The notes below the pieces were generated by a model. The model had not been told where the DNA came from. It saw only the letters and a program-made list of their open reading frames with translations, and did no database searches. Shown here one piece after another: positions 7,830-12,130 of a stretch of 12,130 nt of DNA. Positions within the stretch are counted from its first letter, which is position 1. Each line of letters opens with the position of its first letter. Made by a program: the position numbers and the translations under genes. Source of the stretch: a bacterium (lineage in GTDB: Bacteria; CALINM01); NCBI GenBank assembly GCA_041640455.1, contig JBEQAF010000067.1:1-12130 (forward strand), written 5' to 3'.

Positions 7830-8503
7830 TGTCTGAAAAAAGGTTAAAGTTAAAGAGAACTCTTATAAAGAAGTTTTCTCCAGCTATAGTAGGTTTTTTG
7901 CTAAAGCTGTTACATAAAACCATAAGATGGCAGATCGTTGGCAAAGAACATATTGAAAATATTAAAACTCCTGTGATCTTTGCCTTTTTTCATGGCAGAA
8001 TGATGATGCTTGCCCAGATTTATAAAAAATTAAGGCCAGGCAAAAAAATCAAAATGATACTTAGCCCCCATTTTGATGGTGAAGTGGGTGCTCTTATTGC
8101 AAAAAGGTTTGGTATAGACCATATTAAAGGTTCCAGCTCAAAAAAAAGCTTTTCCCTACTTCGGGAGATACATGGCATAACTGATTCAGATATTGGCATT
8201 ACGCCCGATGGTCCCCGAGGTCCCTACCAGCAGGTAAAAAACGGCATTATCTATATTGCAAAAACCACAGGATTTCCTATTGTTCCCATATCTTACAGTG
8301 TAAAAAGTGGAAGATGTTTAAAAAGCTGGGATAGATTTCTGGTACCCATGCCATTTACAAAGGGCGTTTATCTTATCGGTGAACCCATATTCATTGAGCC
8401 TGATATTCCGAAGGACAAAATAGATGAATATGTAAACTTGGTACAGACAAGGATGATAGAGATTACAAAAATGTCTGACAGTCTGGCTGGATTTAAAGCA
8501 TGA
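7829..8503 (+). CDS. lpxJ: DUF374 / LpxJ-family lipid A secondary acyltransferase (lysophospholipid acyltransferase superfamily)
   Basis: FAFFHGR, SPHFDGE, KGSS, ITPDGPRGP and SWDRFLVPMPF are typical DUF374 motifs. TAATG overlap with msbA and ATGA overlap with waaA. Confidence 0.82.
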   Translation: MSEKRLKLKRTLIKKFSPAIVGFLLKLLHKTIRWQIVGKEHIENIKTPVIFAFFHGRMMMLAQIYKKLRPGKKIKMILSPHFDGEVGALIAKRFGIDHIKGSSSKKSFSLLREIHGITDSDIGITPDGPRGPYQQVKNGIIYIAKTTGFPIVPISYSVKSGRCLKSWDRFLVPMPFTKGVYLIGEPIFIEPDIPKDKIDEYVNLVQTRMIEITKMSDSLAGFKA

Positions 8504-9744
8504 TAGTTTTATATAACCTGATCCTTTTTTTACTTTTCCCATTATATTTTGTTATCTTTCTGCCCTTAAGCCTTATAAAAAAAAAGTGGAGAAAGGGTTT
8601 TTTTAGAAAACTTGGCTTTTATCGCTACGGGGAAACAGATAAAAATTACATATTCCATTGCGTATCGGTTGGAGAAAGTTTAGCAACCATACCTTTAATT
8701 AAAAAGTTTATAACTGAAATATCTGAAAAGGTTGTAGTAACCGTTACTACTGCCACAGGCTTTAAGGTTTCTTCAGAAAAAATCGGGGATACTGTCCGAT
8801 CGGTAACCTTTTTCCCTTTTGATTTTCCATTTTCTGTCTATGCATTTATAAGAACATACAGACCTGCTGCCTTTATAATCTCCGAGACAGAGATCTGGCC
8901 TAATATAATCTTTTTCTCCCGCATGTTAAAGATCCCTGTTATCTTTGTTAATGGCAGAATCTCCGACAGATCCTTTAAAAGATATAAAAGGTTAAGGTTT
9001 TTTCTGACCTCATTTCTTGACTACCCATACTTTATTATGCAGAACAGCCTTTATAAAGAGCGGATATTGAAGATGGGTGCAGATAAAAACAAGGTTTTTA
9101 CATCAGGAAATATAAAATACGATATGTCAGAGAAGCAGCCTTTAAACAGAACGGACTTTGGAATTAATGAGATGGATATTGTAATTATTGCAGGCTCAAC
9201 CCATCCCAAAGAAGAGAAGATAGTGATCAACTGCTTTAAAAAACTTAGAGAGAGATATGATAATTTAAAGCTTATTCTTGCACCCAGACACCCAGAAAGA
9301 TTCAGGGAGGTGGAAGGGCTAATAAAGGATTCAGGATTTAATCCTGTAAAAAGAAGTGAGGGGAATCCTGTTGCTGATGTATTTCTACTTGATACGGTTG
9401 GAGAGCTCTTTTCTTTTTACAGCCTTGCAGATATAGCCTTTGTGGGTGGAAGTCTGGTAAACATTGGGGGGCATAACATACTTGAACCTGCCTATTTTTC
9501 AAAGCCTGTGCTTTTTGGTAGGTATATGAGCAATTTCAGTGAGATAAGAGAAAGGTTTTTAGAAAGACAGGCAGGCATTGAGGTAGATGAAGAAAGCCTT
9601 TATGACCAGCTTTTAAAGCTTGTAGAGAATAGGGAGCTAAGAGAGACCCTGGGAATAAGAGGAAGAGAGGTTGTGGAGGAGAACAAAGGCAGTATTAAAA
9701 AAACTTTAGATATAATCAAAGAGATAATAGAGGAAAAAAGATAG
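8500..9744 (+). CDS. waaA: Kdo transferase WaaA (KdtA)
   Basis: N-terminal membrane anchor, HCVSVGE, ETEIWPN, NGRIS, GNIKYD, AGSTH, APRHPERF, DTVGEL, FVGGSL..GGHNILEPA. Confidence 0.96.
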   Translation: MIVLYNLILFLLFPLYFVIFLPLSLIKKKWRKGFFRKLGFYRYGETDKNYIFHCVSVGESLATIPLIKKFITEISEKVVVTVTTATGFKVSSEKIGDTVRSVTFFPFDFPFSVYAFIRTYRPAAFIISETEIWPNIIFFSRMLKIPVIFVNGRISDRSFKRYKRLRFFLTSFLDYPYFIMQNSLYKERILKMGADKNKVFTSGNIKYDMSEKQPLNRTDFGINEMDIVIIAGSTHPKEEKIVINCFKKLRERYDNLKLILAPRHPERFREVEGLIKDSGFNPVKRSEGNPVADVFLLDTVGELFSFYSLADIAFVGGSLVNIGGHNILEPAYFSKPVLFGRYMSNFSEIRERFLERQAGIEVDEESLYDQLLKLVENRELRETLGIRGREVVEENKGSIKKTLDIIKEIIEEKR

Positions 9745-9748
9745 AAAA

Positions 9749-10768
9749 ATGCTTGACCATTTTTTCAACAAGATCTGGTATGAAAATAGGTTTAAGCTGG
9801 TCATTATTTTTCTCTACCCATTATCTCTCATCTATATGCTTGTCATGAGCTTTAGAAATTTTATTTATGAGATAACAGGTAGGGCAAAAAAATTAAACTC
9901 TTTTGTAATAAGTATTGGAAACATAAATCTTGGTGGTACAGGAAAGACTCCCTTTCTTTTATATCTTTTAAGTCTTCTTCATGACAAAAAAATACTGGTT
10001 TTAACAAGAGGATATGGAGGGAGACTGGAGGGTGATGTGGCAGACAGAGCTGGCTTTTCTGATGAGGCAAGGCTATTAAAAAAACGATTCCCACATATTG
10101 CTATCTTTGCAGGAAAAAACCGCTATAAAAGCTACAAAATCTATAAAAAAAAATATGGGAAACCAGAACTGATTATCCTTGACGATGGCTTTCAACACAG
10201 AGCTATTAAAAGAGATCTTGATATTTTAATGATAAGCGGTAGTCTAATGTTTGGAAACGGTCTTGTATTTCCCGCAGGACCTCTAAGAGAGGCGAAAAGC
10301 TCCTTAAAAAGGGCGGACCTGATTATTCTAAAAGATGGAGATGATGGTTTAATCAGGGATTTAAAAAAGCAGTATGGTGATAGACCGATTTTTAGCTTTC
10401 AAAAAAAAGAGGTCTATCTGGCTGATACAAAAGATATGAAAGTTAATATAGATTTTTCAGGGAAAAAAATTCTTGCATTCTGCAGCATTGCTAATCCTTT
10501 AGATTTCAAAAGAAGTATTGAAAAACTCGGTATAGAACTGGCATATTTTCTCTCTTTTAATGATCATTACAACTACAGCGAAACTGATATCAAGAAGATA
10601 AAGTCAGCTGGTGCAGAGATATTTTTAACCACAGAGAAGGACTGGGCAAAGATAAAAGATTTCTGGTTAGATAAAGAGAATATTTACGTACTAAAACTTG
10701 AATATGAGCTTCGAGAGAAAGATGAGCTTCTAAGATTAATCAAAGAGAGAGGGGCTATGAATGCTTAA
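9749..10768 (+). CDS. lpxK: Tetraacyldisaccharide 4'-kinase LpxK
   Basis: SIGNINLGGTGKTP (P-loop), LTRGYG, LDDGFQH, PAGPLRE, FNDHY, TTEKD. Confidence 0.96.
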   Translation: MLDHFFNKIWYENRFKLVIIFLYPLSLIYMLVMSFRNFIYEITGRAKKLNSFVISIGNINLGGTGKTPFLLYLLSLLHDKKILVLTRGYGGRLEGDVADRAGFSDEARLLKKRFPHIAIFAGKNRYKSYKIYKKKYGKPELIILDDGFQHRAIKRDLDILMISGSLMFGNGLVFPAGPLREAKSSLKRADLIILKDGDDGLIRDLKKQYGDRPIFSFQKKEVYLADTKDMKVNIDFSGKKILAFCSIANPLDFKRSIEKLGIELAYFLSFNDHYNYSETDIKKIKSAGAEIFLTTEKDWAKIKDFWLDKENIYVLKLEYELREKDELLRLIKERGAMNA

Positions 10769-11312
10769 AAAGGTTATCTTTCTTGACAGAGATGGAACAA
10801 TCTGTGAAGATCAGGATTATCTTGATGACTGGAGAAAAATGAAAATATTCCCTTATGCTTTTGAGGCATTAAATATTTTGAAGGATAAGGGCTATCAGAT
10901 CTATGTGGTTTCAAACCAGTCTGGTGTTGCAAGGGGGAAGTTCAGTATAGATGAGGCAGAAAGTCAAAGAGAGTATGTGCTTGGCTATTTCAATAGAGAA
11001 AGGGTTGTTATCAATGATTATTTGTACTGTCCTCATCATAAAGACGGTATAATTGAAGAGTTTTCAATAGACTGCGATTGCCGCAAGCCCAATATGGGAC
11101 TGGCAAAAAGAGCTGTTGATATTCATCTAATCGATAAAGAAAGATCCTACATGGTGGGAGATAAGCTAATTGATGTGGAGTTTGGAAAAAATTTGGGGAT
11201 TATCCCTGTCCTTGTTCTTACAGGCTACGGAAATCAGGAACTGATAAAGCTAAAAGAAAAAATACCTGTGTTTAACAATATTTATGAGTTTGCGGTAAGC
11301 TTAGACTCCTAA
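10761..11312 (+). CDS. gmhB: HAD-IIIA phosphatase, D-glycero-D-manno-heptose-1,7-bisphosphate 7-phosphatase GmhB family
   Basis: FLDRDGTI, VSNQSG, zinc site YCPHH...CDCRKP, MVGDK..D. Purine-rich SD at 10747-10754 and an 8-nt overlap with lpxK. Confidence 0.88.
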   Translation: MLKKVIFLDRDGTICEDQDYLDDWRKMKIFPYAFEALNILKDKGYQIYVVSNQSGVARGKFSIDEAESQREYVLGYFNRERVVINDYLYCPHHKDGIIEEFSIDCDCRKPNMGLAKRAVDIHLIDKERSYMVGDKLIDVEFGKNLGIIPVLVLTGYGNQELIKLKEKIPVFNNIYEFAVSLDS

Positions 11313-12125
11313 AAATCTTTTTGCATTCTGGTAGAATATCTTGTCAAGCACTGTATTCTCAAATCCAAGATTAGTTATGGCAGAGACAGATTTTTCGAAG
11401 CTGTGACAGATACCAGGAAAGTCGCTCCCGAAAAAAATTTTGTCCTGAGCCCTTATAATGAGTTCAGTCGGTGCTGTCAATGTATTTGAAGGATTAGGAA
11501 TAAAGGTATAAGAAGTATCAAGATATAGCTGTTCGTAGTCAAGACTTGCTTTTAAAAAGTCTTCACTTTCAAAGGCTCCCAGATGGGCAACCACTACCCT
11601 TGTTCGGGGATATTTTTTCAGAAAGTTATGAAAATATTTGAAGCCCACAAACTCGTTCGGGAAGGGTCCCAGCCCTGCATGAAATAAGATAAATCCATCT
11701 CTTTCGGTTACAAGACTGTAAAATTTTTCCCATCTTTTATCATCGGGTCTGGCTCTTTGAACCTGACAGTGGATCTTAAAGCCTGAAAGCCCCATATCAA
11801 GAGCTTGAGAAGCAATCTTCAGCATATCCTTATCATCCTGATGAACTACTCCAAGCGGTATGGCTTTTTCTGTTTTTTCCATAAGGGATTTATAGAACTT
11901 ATTTAGCTCTCCTGATATATCTGGCTTGTGAGCATAGCCAAAACATACAAAATATCTTAAATCAGGAATAGCGTCTAAAAATTTGAGCGCCTCCACAGAT
12001 GAGCCTTTAAAATAAAACTGCCAGCCTGCGTTATTTATAAACCAGTTCTTAATAGCCTCGTATAACTTTTCAGGAAAAATATGGGTATGAAAATCAATAA
12101 AATCTTTTTTATAGTCCAGTCTCAT
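11301..12125 (-). CDS. Metal-dependent TIM-barrel amidohydrolase (Amidohydro_2-like), substrate unknown
   Basis: IDFHTH (HxH), GFKIH, LFHAG, VAHLG, YLDTS, FGSDFP, IFYQNAKRFL. Only 5 nt of upstream sequence are visible, so the start cannot be confirmed, but the HxH motif near the N-terminus suggests the gene is essentially complete. Confidence 0.88.
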   Translation of the reverse strand: MRLDYKKDFIDFHTHIFPEKLYEAIKNWFINNAGWQFYFKGSSVEALKFLDAIPDLRYFVCFGYAHKPDISGELNKFYKSLMEKTEKAIPLGVVHQDDKDMLKIASQALDMGLSGFKIHCQVQRARPDDKRWEKFYSLVTERDGFILFHAGLGPFPNEFVGFKYFHNFLKKYPRTRVVVAHLGAFESEDFLKASLDYEQLYLDTSYTFIPNPSNTLTAPTELIIRAQDKIFFGSDFPGICHSFEKSVSAITNLGFENTVLDKIFYQNAKRFLGV

Positions 12126-12130
12126 GTAGC

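Noticed and set aside
544..10094. Alternative-frame and antisense ORFs in the track (544-864, 701-949, 912-1175, 1133-1444, 2162-2647, 2490-2738, 2773-2994, 3067-3363, 3766-4119, 6198-6398, 7053-7484, 7349-7600, 8318-8542, 9861-10094)
   Set aside because: All overlap well-supported conserved genes, have no recognisable motifs and show composition typical of shadow ORFs.
11286..11308. Weak hairpin (GAGTTTG...TAGACTC) near the end of gmhB as an intrinsic terminator
   Set aside because: About 7 bp with two G-U pairs, located inside the coding sequence and without an adjacent U-tract.

Overview
AT-rich window from a Gram-negative bacterium. It is almost entirely one tightly packed + strand envelope and lipid A operon: bamA (5' end outside the window), skp/ompH, lpxD, fabZ, lpxA, a gnnA-like Gfo/Idh/MocA oxidoreductase, lpxB, msbA, DUF374/LpxJ-family acyltransferase, waaA, lpxK and gmhB. 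A convergent metal-dependent amidohydrolase on the - strand overlaps the end of gmhB. The gene order resembles Desulfobacterota/Nitrospirota-type clusters (inference, not tested). This is mostly core housekeeping DNA, and I see no mobile element, CRISPR array, RNA gene or clearly new system. The points worth a second look concern non-enteric lipid A chemistry: a gnnA-like gene with no gnnB partner, no lpxH/lpxI/lpxG or lpxC in the cluster, LpxJ as the only secondary acyltransferase, and Gly at both acyl-ruler positions. There is also a perfect extended -10 motif built from the bamA stop codon.
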